Positions 1 to 10,233 of a stretch of 64,000 nt of DNA are shown here, in pieces. A model generated the notes under the pieces. The model saw only the letters and a list, made by a program, of their open reading frames with translations, made no database searches and had not been told where the DNA came from. The DNA comes from an uncultured Nitrososphaerota archaeon (GTDB taxonomy: Archaea; Thermoproteota; Nitrososphaeria; Nitrososphaerales; CADDZS01), in assembly GCA_963799845.1 (NCBI GenBank), contig CAWCYI010000004.1, forward strand, positions 864,001 through 928,000, written 5' to 3'. The stretch's first letter is position 1. Each line of letters opens with the position of its first letter. The position numbers and the translations under genes were made by a program.

Positions 1-321
1 TCATTACTTAGCACAGACAACTTAACAGACGCGAATGGGACTGCCACTGCAGTATATTCAGCAGGCAACCTTCCGGGCGCAAATCTTGTTACAGTGCAAG
101 TTTCAAAACCAGGATTTTCCACGTTCGTTATTCAGACTTCGGTCAGAACTCTTAACGCCAGTGCCTCAGAGTCAGCGACAAAACCTTCTTTGCTAGATTC
201 AAATATTCTGTTCATCCCAGTCTGGATTCTTATCGTCATTGCAATCGCGGCTCCTGCTGGAACATTTTTCTTCATTAGGAGAAGATCTGCTAAGGGCTAC
301 ACGGTAGACGAGGAAGAGTAA
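1..321 (+). CDS. 3' end of a membrane-anchored surface protein with an Ig-like (Big_1/invasin-type) domain; partial at the window edge
   Basis: Frame +1 is open from base 1: SLLSTDNLTDANGTATAVYSAG (TDxNGxAT Ig-like motif), then a Ser/Thr linker, a C-terminal TM helix and an RRR stop-transfer. Confidence 0.7.
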   Translation, partial: SLLSTDNLTDANGTATAVYSAGNLPGANLVTVQVSKPGFSTFVIQTSVRTLNASASESATKPSLLDSNILFIPVWILIVIAIAAPAGTFFFIRRRSAKGYTVDEEE

Positions 322-365
322 GACGATCGAGACACGTTACATGACCGGGCGAATTAACGGCATAA

Positions 366-932
366 GTGACACACTGCTTGAGCCACGAGAAGCCCTCCAG
401 TCAACATGGAGGAAACAACGTAGTCGGATCACGTTCGATAAAATTTCACGTCCACCAAACCTCGAATAGAGCGGCGGGTAACAGGCCCTACGTTTATTGC
501 ATCACGCGAGATGGACGGTTGCTTGTTTTCAAATTGGAAGCAAATACCGCGATCTCCGTAGGTGAATTTGCCGGGTTCACGAAAGGACTTCAAGTTTGGC
601 TGCCAGTCCAGTGCAATAGCTGCAACTTGATCCAGTTTGTAGATCTTGGGACTGCATATGCTGACGAAACAACTTCCAAAGTAAATACTCTTGATACTGG
701 TAGGGCCAGGCATTACGGGGGAAAACTCGAATGTGCAAGCTGCAAACAAGTTGTGAGAGTGCAGATACGCTTTTCATTTTACGCCTCTACTGCCACGTTT
801 TCACTTGAAGAAATTGAGAACGGAACTATTGTTTTTGTAATTGGGATGCGTGAGTTTTTCAACTCGGCTAAAGAGTCCATCTCTCCAAACGGACACACGG
901 TGCAGCAGGGATCTTTAATGCACTTTGGTTAG
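366..932 (+). CDS. Hypothetical protein with two CxxC pairs (possible Zn ribbon)
   Basis: 188-aa ORF containing CNSC and CASC; start codon uncertain. Confidence 0.5.
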   Translation: MTHCLSHEKPSSQHGGNNVVGSRSIKFHVHQTSNRAAGNRPYVYCITRDGRLLVFKLEANTAISVGEFAGFTKGLQVWLPVQCNSCNLIQFVDLGTAYADETTSKVNTLDTGRARHYGGKLECASCKQVVRVQIRFSFYASTATFSLEEIENGTIVFVIGMREFFNSAKESISPNGHTVQQGSLMHFG

Positions 933-1202
933 ACTTTCTAGCATTTATCTAACCGAGAATATTTCTGCAAGATTAAAGTTCCAAAAGCTTCGCGAGAGAC
1001 AGGAAGTCTTGGAGAGTTGACTATGATTAGAATAACATGGCCACTCCCTGCCGCGAAGTAAATTTGATTCTTGAAAGAAGGTAATTTAAGTAATTATTGT
1101 CCTTTTTTGGAAGATCTTTGATTAAGGAATTATCGATCTGATTTTAAAATCCATCAGGCATATGAACCCGAAATTACTTACGTTATAGAAGGTTTCTGAC
1201 CT

Positions 1203-1715
1203 ATGATTATCTCGCAAAAGCGATCGAAGAGAGGAGTTACTCCTGTCATTGCAACAATCATCCTGATCGCAGGAACACTCGTCTTAGCACTCGTCGTCGG
1301 AGCTTACACGTTTGGTCTGTTCGGTTCGAACGTGAAGACAGTAACACTCTCATCGGCAACACTCTACGGTGGGACAACCGCAACTACAGCTTCAGCAGCA
1401 ACGTCAAGCCTCACAATTGCGCTTAACAACCCAGGTTCAGCGACATACATCACTTCGGTGACCATGACGGGCAGTGGTATAGCAACTATCGCAGCGTGGG
1501 ACAATTCAACGCTAGCATCTTCGGGTGCTAACTTGATAGTCTTCACCGGAAGTTATCCAGGCAACAACGCGATGGCCGCTGGAACGGTCACATCATTTAC
1601 TTACTATCCGGAGAATGCTGCACCAGCACAACCGATCACTACAGGACAAGTCTTCAACTACGTCATTAACTTCGCAAACGGACAGTCCGTATCGGGTTCA
1701 CTGATTGCTCAGTAG
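1203..1715 (+). CDS. Archaeal type IV pilin (class III signal peptide)
   Basis: KRSKRG|VTPVIATIILIAGTLVLALVVG prepilin cleavage motif and hydrophobic helix; Ser/Thr-rich globular domain. Confidence 0.92.
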   Translation: MIISQKRSKRGVTPVIATIILIAGTLVLALVVGAYTFGLFGSNVKTVTLSSATLYGGTTATTASAATSSLTIALNNPGSATYITSVTMTGSGIATIAAWDNSTLASSGANLIVFTGSYPGNNAMAAGTVTSFTYYPENAAPAQPITTGQVFNYVINFANGQSVSGSLIAQ

Positions 1716-1848
1716 AACGCTAAGCCTACTGAGAGGATCACGTGTCCCTCCTCCCCTTTTTTCTTATTCCCCAAAAATCACGAAAATTATGATTATCGAT
1801 TTGATCGCAAACGGACAATCTGTACCAGGTTCGCTGATTGCTCAGTAA
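1672..1848 (+). repeat. Imperfect 44-bp direct repeat of the pilin 3' end (1672-1715 vs 1805-1848)
   Basis: 38/44 identical; encodes ANGQSVSGSLIAQ* vs ANGQSVPGSLIAQ*. Confidence 0.9.
1745..1768 (+). terminator. Pyrimidine/T-rich archaeal terminator after the pilin
   Basis: TCCCTCCTCCCCTTTTTTCTTATT about 30 bp after the stop; a similar tract follows the solute-binding gene at about 35397-35421. Confidence 0.5.
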
Positions 1849-1990
1849 TTCGAGCAAAGAGACTTCGAAAGCTGTAACGCTCGAATTCTAAGAGCCAGAA
1901 TGAAGCATCTGGTTAATGGCGAGATGCTTCGAAAATTTTTGTTCTCTGCCAGAGTCGCTAATTTGACCTTGAAATATAGATCATAGTGAG

Positions 1991-2554
1991 TTAAGACGCC
2001 TCAGGATACTCCATCGGCATGATTTTCTTTGTAGAGTCAACAATTTCTTCATTCGAGCGGCTCCTCCTTTCGTTTCTGAAATAAGCTATTGCGAGCGCAG
2101 CAAAACCAGTCAGTACCAGCGAAACCGATAAGGAAACAATCGACTGCGCAAACTGGAATATTCCGACGACTAAGGAAGGAAGATTTGGGACGTTGATGGT
2201 GTCTCCGGCGTACAATATGAGTGGAAAATATGCAAAGATGAATCCAACCATTGAACCAAAGAATAGTAAAAGAATCAGAGTGCTATAATTCTCTCGGAAA
2301 TGCGCTGTTATTCTCGACCTGCCCCATCCATAGATTATTACGAATACTAGGCAAGGAGCAAGAAGAAAAGAAACAAATGGCAACACTAGATAGTTGACAT
2401 AGTTTATCCAAATCGAATTTACATTTGATTTGAAAAGCAATTGAAGAACCAATTGACCAATTACTTGGTTAAACGCATAAATGGCTCCAACCAACAAACC
2501 CACAAAGAAAATTTCCCTTACATGACAGTTAACCCTAAGCTGAGGAAGGTACAA
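1991..2554 (-). CDS. Hypothetical integral membrane protein (about 4 TM helices)
   Basis: Four hydrophobic segments and a charged C-terminal tail; AT-rich. Confidence 0.65.
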   Translation of the reverse strand: MYLPQLRVNCHVREIFFVGLLVGAIYAFNQVIGQLVLQLLFKSNVNSIWINYVNYLVLPFVSFLLAPCLVFVIIYGWGRSRITAHFRENYSTLILLLFFGSMVGFIFAYFPLILYAGDTINVPNLPSLVVGIFQFAQSIVSLSVSLVLTGFAALAIAYFRNERRSRSNEEIVDSTKKIMPMEYPEAS

Positions 2555-2856
2555 TTGCAGTCAATGCAATATCCCCATAATCTACGATTTAGACGTGCCT
2601 ATACAAGACGTTTTCTTTATGCAAGGTACAACTGATCAGTACTTGAAATTTATCGTTCGAGGTTTGAAGAGCATCTCTAGCTTCGATTTTCCAATCTATT
2701 TCTGTTAAAATAACATGTAAGATCCCACTGTGTCATTGACACAATGACCTCTGATCTAGTTTCAGGCTCTCTAACCATTGAATGGAAATGGAATCCGTCA
2801 CAAATATGGATTTGATGATTGTGTTTTCAATCTACTATTGGATTTGATTTTCATTA

Positions 2857-3081
2857 TTGCCTAAATTAGAAGCTCTATACACAGCGAAGCCCATCAGTTG
2901 CAAGAGCGGATTCCACGATCCACCTGTTCTGGTCAATGGCTACTACGAATTTGCCACAGAAGAAAAGCAAGCCAGATTTTGGAAGTTCCTCTCGCCAGTT
3001 GAAAAATCAAGACTCATGAATGAATATCACGAGAGCGGCAAGTGCCTTCTTTGTTCAATAGATGAAGCTCTAATGCGGTAG
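2857..3081 (+). CDS. Small hypothetical protein, possible Zn-binding (C..H..CxxC)
   Basis: 74-aa ORF with CKSGFH and CLLC. Confidence 0.4.
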   Translation: MPKLEALYTAKPISCKSGFHDPPVLVNGYYEFATEEKQARFWKFLSPVEKSRLMNEYHESGKCLLCSIDEALMR

Positions 3082-3098
3082 CAAAACTTGAGATCGGA

Positions 3099-3497
3099 TT
3101 ATTTAGTCAAGACGAATTTTCGTTTCTGGTCTTTTCCGCGTTTCGTTGATCTGCTGCGAGAAGGTTTCTGTCGGTTTTCTCTCTTTACTGTCTTAGGTGA
3201 AGATGATTCAGTTTCAATCGGATCAAGAAGAATCTTGTTAATCGCAAAGCAGTTGGGACTAACCTCGTTGATAACCCATTCATCCTTCAACAAATGAATC
3301 TTTGCAAGAATCTCCGCAGCGTCAAGATCTGGAAACGACTTTTGCAGATCAGAGAAAGTGAAATCTAATTCGCCTTTGGATGCCCTCTTTTTCGTGAAAG
3401 CCATTATTCTCTCATAGGCTTCATCCGACAATAGCATACCACTTCTGGTTAAAGAATGACCCGATATTAAGGCACTCGGTTCCGTACTCCATACCAT
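3099..3497 (-). CDS. Hypothetical protein, possible winged helix with basic tail
   Basis: FTFSDLQKSFPDLDAAEILAKIHLLKDEWVINEVSPNCF resembles a wHTH; K/R-rich C-terminus. Confidence 0.45.
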   Translation of the reverse strand: MVWSTEPSALISGHSLTRSGMLLSDEAYERIMAFTKKRASKGELDFTFSDLQKSFPDLDAAEILAKIHLLKDEWVINEVSPNCFAINKILLDPIETESSSPKTVKRENRQKPSRSRSTKRGKDQKRKFVLTK

Positions 3498-3743
3498 TTG
3501 TAAGTCAAGTTTGAGACTTTCTGGACATGAATCGAACTCTCTTACTTGGTATTGAAATATTTCCGGATTTCCAAAAGGAGAAATTCGGAATCAGTACCGG
3601 TCCTCCATCTCTGAGCTCAATCGTAGAAGTTCATAACCATTAATTTGTCGGCGAGCAGAAAGTTGAGAGATGTTCGTAGTAAACGTAGTTTCTTTTCCTC
3701 AAGGTTTGACAAATTTAGTCATTGCATAAAAAGTGTATAGTAA

Positions 3744-5453
3744 TTGAAATTGAAATTACCATTCGGCAGTTCGAGTAAGAAACAAACTCCTACCGATAAG
3801 CTGAACGAAACTGCAAAGAAGGCTCACAAAAAGACCTCGCCTAATGAGCCAATAATCGTTGAGGGGCCAATGATCGGGAAGATCATGCCAAAGAACTTTG
3901 AAGTCCTCGAACGTTATGCGCTCACACCCCCATTTGCCTACGCGGTTATTGCTGAAGACACGTCGATGAAGCTTCCATATTACTTCGTTGACGAACTGGA
4001 ACTCACTCTCAACGAAAAGTCACTGTACAACAATATCATCTCAGTCCTTCAAACCGAGCTAAAGGCCCCGAGAGATGACGTTGATCCGAAGAAATATTTT
4101 GCTGAACAGGCACGTATCATAGCAGATCGCTACAAGCTGACTCAGCAAAAGAGTGTCCAGGTATCGTGGGCGAAAATCCTGTATTACGCGGAAAGAGACC
4201 TCGTTGGATTCGGTGGAATAGATGCACTGATGCGAGATCCAAATATCGAAGACGTCTCGGTGGATGGCGCAGGGAAGGGAGTCTTCGTCTATCACAGGCG
4301 CTACGAAAGCATCGAAACAAATCTCACGTTTTCAAACGAGCAGAAGCTTGACGACATGATTGTAAGGCTCGTCCACATGTCGGGAAAGCACGTCTCGACA
4401 GCTTTTCCGATCGTAGACGCAACTCTCCCCGGAGGTCACAGGCTTGCTGCCACGTTCAGACGCGAAGTCTCTCCGCAGGGTTCGACACTTACTATCAGAA
4501 AATTCAGAAAAGATCCAATCACGATCATCGACTTGATCAATTTCGGCGTACTCGATTACGCGATAGCCGCGTATGCGTGGCTACTGATCGAAAACAGATT
4601 CACCGCAGTGGTAGTTGGGGCAACAGCCTCAGGAAAGACCACCTTCCTCAATGCGCTGCTCTCCATGATCAATCCAAACTCCAAGATCGTGACAATCGAA
4701 GAGGTCCAAGAAATAAACATCCACCACGTAAACTGGGCTCCTCTCATTTCAAGATTGAGCTACGGATTATCAGAGAATAACGTCGGAGAGGTTACATTGT
4801 TTAACTTGGTAAAGGCGGCAATGAGAATGCGTCCGGACATAATGGTCGTGGGAGAGGTAAGAGGTGAAGAAGCATATGCGCTCTTCCAGGCGATCTCAAC
4901 CGGTCACGGTGGTCTCGCAACTTTGCACGCGGAAGACGCGGGCTCTGCTATCCAAAGACTCACTTCGAAGCCGATGGACGTAGCTCCATCTTACTTGAGC
5001 TTCCTTGATCTTACATTTTCAGTTAGGCGTGTCGCCATACCAGATCCGACTAGCCCCGGCAACCCCAGGATCGTGAGAAGAGTAATTTCAGTAGACGAGA
5101 TAATAGACTCTACAAAATGGGTCCAGTCTTTCGTCTGGGATCCAAGCAAGGACAAATTCTACCAGTATCTGGACAAGAGTGTGAAGCTCAGAAAACTTGC
5201 CAAGGACTATGGAAAATCCATGGGTGACATAATGAAAGAAATCGCAAACAGAATTCAGGTTTTGCAGTGGCTCCGCTCGCGGAACATCAGAAACTACATC
5301 GAAATCAGTACAGTGTTCTCCCAATACCACGCAGACCCTCAAGGGGTCCTCTCAAAGATCAGAGTCGAGGCAATGAGCAAATCTGTCTTCGAAAAGGAAG
5401 ATGAACACGATGAGGATGGCGCTCTGATGGTCGAACCAAGCACCGAAGAATAG
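3744..5453 (+). CDS. Type II/IV secretion (pilus assembly) ATPase, FlaI/CpaF/VirB11 family
   Basis: Walker A GATASGKT, IEEVQE Asp box, RMRPDIMVVGEVRG, TGHGGLATLHA His box, TIRKF motif. Confidence 0.95.
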   Translation: MKLKLPFGSSSKKQTPTDKLNETAKKAHKKTSPNEPIIVEGPMIGKIMPKNFEVLERYALTPPFAYAVIAEDTSMKLPYYFVDELELTLNEKSLYNNIISVLQTELKAPRDDVDPKKYFAEQARIIADRYKLTQQKSVQVSWAKILYYAERDLVGFGGIDALMRDPNIEDVSVDGAGKGVFVYHRRYESIETNLTFSNEQKLDDMIVRLVHMSGKHVSTAFPIVDATLPGGHRLAATFRREVSPQGSTLTIRKFRKDPITIIDLINFGVLDYAIAAYAWLLIENRFTAVVVGATASGKTTFLNALLSMINPNSKIVTIEEVQEINIHHVNWAPLISRLSYGLSENNVGEVTLFNLVKAAMRMRPDIMVVGEVRGEEAYALFQAISTGHGGLATLHAEDAGSAIQRLTSKPMDVAPSYLSFLDLTFSVRRVAIPDPTSPGNPRIVRRVISVDEIIDSTKWVQSFVWDPSKDKFYQYLDKSVKLRKLAKDYGKSMGDIMKEIANRIQVLQWLRSRNIRNYIEISTVFSQYHADPQGVLSKIRVEAMSKSVFEKEDEHDEDGALMVEPSTEE

Positions 5454-5480
5454 AAGAAAAATCGGGCCCTTTGATTAAAT

Positions 5481-7382
5481 TTGCCAGATCCGGAAACTCC
5501 AATCCCAAAGGAAAAAGAAGAAGATACTCGACCAGGGCAGACCCTCGTCGAGCCAGAAGTAGTCAAGGAGCCAGAAGTAATCAACGAGCCAGAGGTTCGA
5601 CAGAAGACTAAGCTAAAACCAGCGAAACAGCCCAAAAGCGAAAAGAAGGTTAAGAAAGATGGGACGCAGAAACGTGGTTTTACAGAGAAATTCGTCCGGT
5701 TCTCATTAAGAATAATGAGTCGCCCGACTAAGCTGCTCTCTCCGCGCTTTCCAAAGTTGAGGGATCAAATACTGAGGTCGAGCATGTACACCTCAGCAGA
5801 CATTCTAATCTCGATGGGTCTTATATTTTCTCTGCTCAGTATTCCAGCGGCTATTGCCGGAGCATACATTTTGGTCCACGCTGGTCTGGGACTCTTTGCC
5901 ATAGGCATGGCGCCCATCCCAATAATACCTTTCATCATAATCATCTCGCTTCCAAGGATCAGCGCAGGGAGTAGATCGCAGGCATTAGATAATGAACTAC
6001 CATACTTGATTGGTTACATTACAGTGCTGGCAGGTGGAGGCATTTCTCCTTTCGTAACGCTGAGGAGAATATCGAAAGCAGATTACCTTTTTCCAGCAGC
6101 CGCCAAGGAAGCTAGAAGAATTCTAATGGACATCGAGATTTTCGGTCTCGACGCACTCTCGGCACTCGAGAGAGCCTCTAGAAACACACCGAACAAGACC
6201 TGGTCGGACTTTATCGGGGGATACGTTGCCGTTCTAAAGACTGGTGGAGACGCAGTAAGTTATCTGGAATCGAAGCTCAAAGAAATTTTCGCTTACAGCG
6301 AATCCAAAGTCCGGAGTGGTTCTGAGTTCATCGGGACGATGGCTGAAGCTTACATCATCACGACAGTCGTTATGGGAATCTCTCTCGTAATCCTGTGGGC
6401 AACTCAAAATCTGTTAGGCGGTATAACGACTGGAGGCGTTGGTGGATTAGGCGGAGCCACCCAGTTAAACCCATCCCTCATCGTATTATTCTCAGGGATG
6501 TTCGTTCCTATCATTTCACTGATATTCATCGTGGTTATAGGAAGCGCGCAAGTAAAGGAACCGTTCAGCTATGACAAGCCGTTTTATGTCTGGCTAGCTT
6601 GTCTTCCATTAATTGTGATCGCGTATCTAGTCCCGTTCGCCGGATTACCACAGTACACTCGTTTGGGGCTAGGTCTAATCGCATCCACTGCTCCATCATC
6701 AATTATTCAGATGAGATATGTGAAGGCGAAGAAATCGGTTGAATCAAAGCTAGCGAACTTTTTAAGAGATATTTCGGAAATAAGAAAAACCGGTCTCGCC
6801 CCAGAGAAGACGATCGAGCAGCTTGCGGGACGAAACTATGGAGGTCTTACTCCATACGTCCAACAGATTTCCACTCAACTTAGTTGGGGAACTCCCATCA
6901 GGACAGTGCTTCAAAATTTCTCAGCTTCCGTAAAGAGCTGGGTGACTAGGGCAATGGCGTTTCTGCTTCTCGAAGTTGTCGATGTCGGTGGAGGTTCTCC
7001 GAGGATGTTCACAAATCTTGCCGACTTTACAGAAAAGAATGCTCAGCTCGACAAGGAACGACGATCGATGATCAAACCGTACCTGATGATCCCTTACGTC
7101 GGCGCGATAATGGTCGTTGCAACAACCTCAATGATGATCTACTTCATCAATCCACCTGGGCTAGCTCAGGCAGGGGTTCCAGCGTTGGCGTCTCCGGCAC
7201 TGGTAAAAGCAGCTACGAATGTTCTTCTGCTATGCTCGTTCTTCCAAGCGTGGGTAATGGGCTTCGTCGCTGGGAAGATGGGAGAGGGCAGCGCAGCAGA
7301 CGGATTCAAGCACGCAACATTGCTAGTCATAATCAGCATCATCACGGTATACGTCTCGGCACTTTTCATCGGCGGCGCCTAA
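5481..7382 (+). CDS. Type II secretion system F-family platform protein (TadC/FlaJ-like, two GspF domains)
   Basis: DNELPYLIGY..LAGGG and LANFLRDISE..KTG repeats with multiple TM helices; directly downstream of the ATPase. Confidence 0.92.
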   Translation: MPDPETPIPKEKEEDTRPGQTLVEPEVVKEPEVINEPEVRQKTKLKPAKQPKSEKKVKKDGTQKRGFTEKFVRFSLRIMSRPTKLLSPRFPKLRDQILRSSMYTSADILISMGLIFSLLSIPAAIAGAYILVHAGLGLFAIGMAPIPIIPFIIIISLPRISAGSRSQALDNELPYLIGYITVLAGGGISPFVTLRRISKADYLFPAAAKEARRILMDIEIFGLDALSALERASRNTPNKTWSDFIGGYVAVLKTGGDAVSYLESKLKEIFAYSESKVRSGSEFIGTMAEAYIITTVVMGISLVILWATQNLLGGITTGGVGGLGGATQLNPSLIVLFSGMFVPIISLIFIVVIGSAQVKEPFSYDKPFYVWLACLPLIVIAYLVPFAGLPQYTRLGLGLIASTAPSSIIQMRYVKAKKSVESKLANFLRDISEIRKTGLAPEKTIEQLAGRNYGGLTPYVQQISTQLSWGTPIRTVLQNFSASVKSWVTRAMAFLLLEVVDVGGGSPRMFTNLADFTEKNAQLDKERRSMIKPYLMIPYVGAIMVVATTSMMIYFINPPGLAQAGVPALASPALVKAATNVLLLCSFFQAWVMGFVAGKMGEGSAADGFKHATLLVIISIITVYVSALFIGGA

Positions 7383-7677
7383 CCAAAGAACGGCGATCCG
7401 GGAGGAGCTGAATTGGAATATGCCAATTCAGACCGAACTCTTCATTCGTTACTTGGGCAGATGATTTCACTGGAAAGTTCGACGAACAAAGTGAACTTGA
7501 GTGTCAGTGCGGGTGCATAGTTGCTCGACTTCAGCGCTACTAGATCGTCACCCCTGAGAAAAACACGAAATAATCACGAAGATTCTGCGATTGGGTAAAG
7601 AAACTGTAAGTACCATCATCATTGTTTAGATTTTGCCGTACGCGTAGAACTTAGTACAGGTTACTCGGGTAAACTTC

Positions 7678-8463
7678 TTAATTGCGAATCATCGCCTGGG
7701 ATTCCTTCCAAGCGACGACTTTTTTGCTAAGGAATTTCATTCCTTCGCTCGAAATTATACAGATGACCGCTAATACGGCTATCAATGAGTAGGAAAGAGC
7801 GAGCTGCAACTTGTCGGCTGACGCATCGATCATCCCTCCGAGTCCCACCACCGTGAAGACCATTTCGGCAATTATCACTCCCTCGATTGCCCTCGAAATG
7901 CCTAGCCGTAGGCCCACCATCACATTCGGAAGTGAAGCGGGTAAAATTACCTTGTACATCAGTTGAGATTGCGTTGCTCCGTAAGCCATCGCTGACTCGA
8001 CCAAGGAACGATTGCAGTTTTTGACGCCCGTGTATACATTGATTATTATCGAAAAAACGGCGACTAGAAACGCGGTGAGCATGGCACTCACCCACGTAAT
8101 CCCAGTCCAGTTCATAGTCAAGGGGACAAACGCAATCGCCGGAATGGAGTACCAGGAGTTGACCCAAGGTTCCAAGAAAAGATCAACAACCAAGTATCTC
8201 CCCATTAAAACTCCCACGGGAATACCCACAGCGACAGACAGCCCGAATCCCAGAAGTATCGAAAGAATCGTCACCTGAAGCCCCGAGATGAGATGCAATC
8301 TCAGTGCAGTGTTAGAATAGAGCTGTGTGAGCTCGTACCACGTCTCTCCCGGCCCAGCGATCATCTGTGGATTGTTAACAATGTGGGCCACGACCCACCA
8401 GATCAGAATCATCAGGACAATCGTCGCGGCAAGGACAAGATACCTAAGGCTTGTAATTTTCAT
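7678..8463 (-). CDS. NitT/TauT family ABC transporter permease
   Basis: GIPVGVLMG and EAA-loop LVESAMAYGA..VILPASLP. Confidence 0.92.
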   Translation of the reverse strand: MKITSLRYLVLAATIVLMILIWWVVAHIVNNPQMIAGPGETWYELTQLYSNTALRLHLISGLQVTILSILLGFGLSVAVGIPVGVLMGRYLVVDLFLEPWVNSWYSIPAIAFVPLTMNWTGITWVSAMLTAFLVAVFSIIINVYTGVKNCNRSLVESAMAYGATQSQLMYKVILPASLPNVMVGLRLGISRAIEGVIIAEMVFTVVGLGGMIDASADKLQLALSYSLIAVLAVICIISSEGMKFLSKKVVAWKESQAMIRN

Positions 8464-9440
8464 CTTCCAAGCTCCCTCGAAATCCGTTCACCTTCCTTCC
8501 ATCTGAAAAGTCGATTCTCCAAGATTTTCGGGGCTTGCAAAAGAAGAATTCCAACCAACGCGATGAGTACGACCGTTGCCATCATGGAAGGAGTATTGAG
8601 TATCTCCTCGAAGGTCATCATAAGTCCCCCCAGTCCGCGATTTCCACCGAGTAGCGTTTCAGCCATTATTGCTCCCAACAGAGCTCTTCCCACGGCTATT
8701 CTAACACCTGCGAATATGTCTGGTAGCGTAGAGGGAAGGACAATTTTTGTGATAAATTGCACATTACTAGCCCCAAACGTTTTTCCAACTTCGGCGAGGG
8801 CATTGCTCATGTATCTCACTCCAGCGTGTGTGTTCATGATTACAGTGAAGACAGATAGAACAAACGAGATGAATACATCTGCCAGAAAGCCTCCACCAAT
8901 CGAAAAGTATAGACCGGGAATCAGCACCACAACCGGAATCGAATTCGTTGCAGACACCCAGGGCTCCGCAACCATTTCTGCAGTCTTCCAACGTCCCATG
9001 ATTACCCCAATTGGAATCCCCACGGCCACACTGAGTCCCAATCCCAGAGTGACTACCTCAAGAGTCTCAAGTAAAGCACCATATGCATTTTCCAAGCCCA
9101 GAGTCCCGGAGGACGGAGTGATTTGGAGTAGACCGGATAGCGCCATCAGTACCGGAATCGGACCTGCGAGTATTGCAGAATTACCTGCGTAGTACGCCAA
9201 AACTTGCCAAGTCCCGAGGAACAGAGCTGAGCTTACAAGGAAAATCAAAATCTTCTTCGATAAAGACAGTCCATCGATGCGTTTGCCGCGCCTCTTCTTC
9301 TCTACTTTTTCTGTCGACTTCTTTTCGAACTTCAGCTCCTGCCCATCTTGGATTTCATCTAACTCCACTACGGGAGTGGTTGCGAAGGTATTGTGATCCT
9401 TACGAGGCTGCTCGTAGGCCATTGATTCCGAAGCCTCCAT
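8460..9440 (-). CDS. NitT/TauT family ABC transporter permease
   Basis: GIPIGVIMG and LAEVGKTFGA..IVLPSTLP; paralog of the neighbouring permease. Confidence 0.92.
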   Translation of the reverse strand: MEASESMAYEQPRKDHNTFATTPVVELDEIQDGQELKFEKKSTEKVEKKRRGKRIDGLSLSKKILIFLVSSALFLGTWQVLAYYAGNSAILAGPIPVLMALSGLLQITPSSGTLGLENAYGALLETLEVVTLGLGLSVAVGIPIGVIMGRWKTAEMVAEPWVSATNSIPVVVLIPGLYFSIGGGFLADVFISFVLSVFTVIMNTHAGVRYMSNALAEVGKTFGASNVQFITKIVLPSTLPDIFAGVRIAVGRALLGAIMAETLLGGNRGLGGLMMTFEEILNTPSMMATVVLIALVGILLLQAPKILENRLFRWKEGERISRELGR

Positions 9441-10233
9441 TTTCTGTAATTTCGGTTTCTAGGAACTTCCAAATCTTGTTTCGAAGATATCTGTATTCTT
9501 CCTGCGACCTCAGATCATAGTTCCATCTTTCAGCCGGAAAGTCCACCGGGATGATTTCTTTTGCCTTTCCAGGTCTAGCGCTTAACAACACGATTTCGTC
9601 CGACAAATAAATTGCCTCGTCAACATTGTGAGTAACCAAGAGGGTTGTCTTAGGAACTGTTCCCTTTACGATCTGCAACAGTTGCTTTTGTAAAATTTCT
9701 CGAGTCTGCTCGTCCACAGAAGCGAAGGGCTCGTCCATCAAAAGTACTTCAGGCTCTATCGCAAGCGCGCGTGCCAGCCCTACCCGCTGTTGCATTCCTC
9801 CAGAAACTTCGTGTACGTAGTGATTTTCAAATCCTGTGAGTCCAACAATCTCGATGTATTTTTGCGAAATTTTTTTACGCTCCTCCTCGTCTACTCCACG
9901 TAGCTCTAGCCCAAATTCGACATTTTTTAGAATGTTCCTCCAAGGGAGCAAGCCGAATTGTTGGAATACAAAACCCATTTTTTGTGGTGGGGATTTCACA
10001 GGTTTTCCATCGAAGATTACTTCTCCAGAGCTTGGTTCAATCAACCCGTCAATGATCCGAAGTAACGTCGTCTTGCCGCATCCCGAAGGGCCGATAATGC
10101 TCGTCAAAGAACCTGCCTTCAATTCGAAGGTCACCCCGCCCAAGACTTCCGAAACCTCATCCTTTCCCTGCCTCGATCCCTTCTTCACGAAGGTTTTGGT
10201 CACATCGATTGTTTTAACGATCGCTGATGACAA
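9400..10233 (-). CDS. NitT/TauT family ABC transporter ATP-binding protein
   Basis: GPSGCGKT, SGGMQQRVGLARALA, LLMDEPF. Confidence 0.95.
   Translation of the reverse strand: MSSAIVKTIDVTKTFVKKGSRQGKDEVSEVLGGVTFELKAGSLTSIIGPSGCGKTTLLRIIDGLIEPSSGEVIFDGKPVKSPPQKMGFVFQQFGLLPWRNILKNVEFGLELRGVDEEERKKISQKYIEIVGLTGFENHYVHEVSGGMQQRVGLARALAIEPEVLLMDEPFASVDEQTREILQKQLLQIVKGTVPKTTLLVTHNVDEAIYLSDEIVLLSARPGKAKEIIPVDFPAERWNYDLRSQEEYRYLRNKIWKFLETEITENGGFGINGLRAAS

Noticed and set aside
5545-5600. GAGCCAGA(A/G)GT 18-bp-period repeats
   Set aside because: A coding low-complexity EPEV repeat in the disordered N-terminus of the TadC-like protein.
3744-7382. Archaellum (flaI/flaJ) assignment
   Set aside because: No archaellin, FlaF/G/H or chemotaxis genes are adjacent, and the pilin lacks archaellin motifs.
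8293-9192. 299-aa plus-strand ORF and many similar antisense ORFs in the track
   Set aside because: They are shadow ORFs opposite well-supported genes and carry no recognisable motifs.
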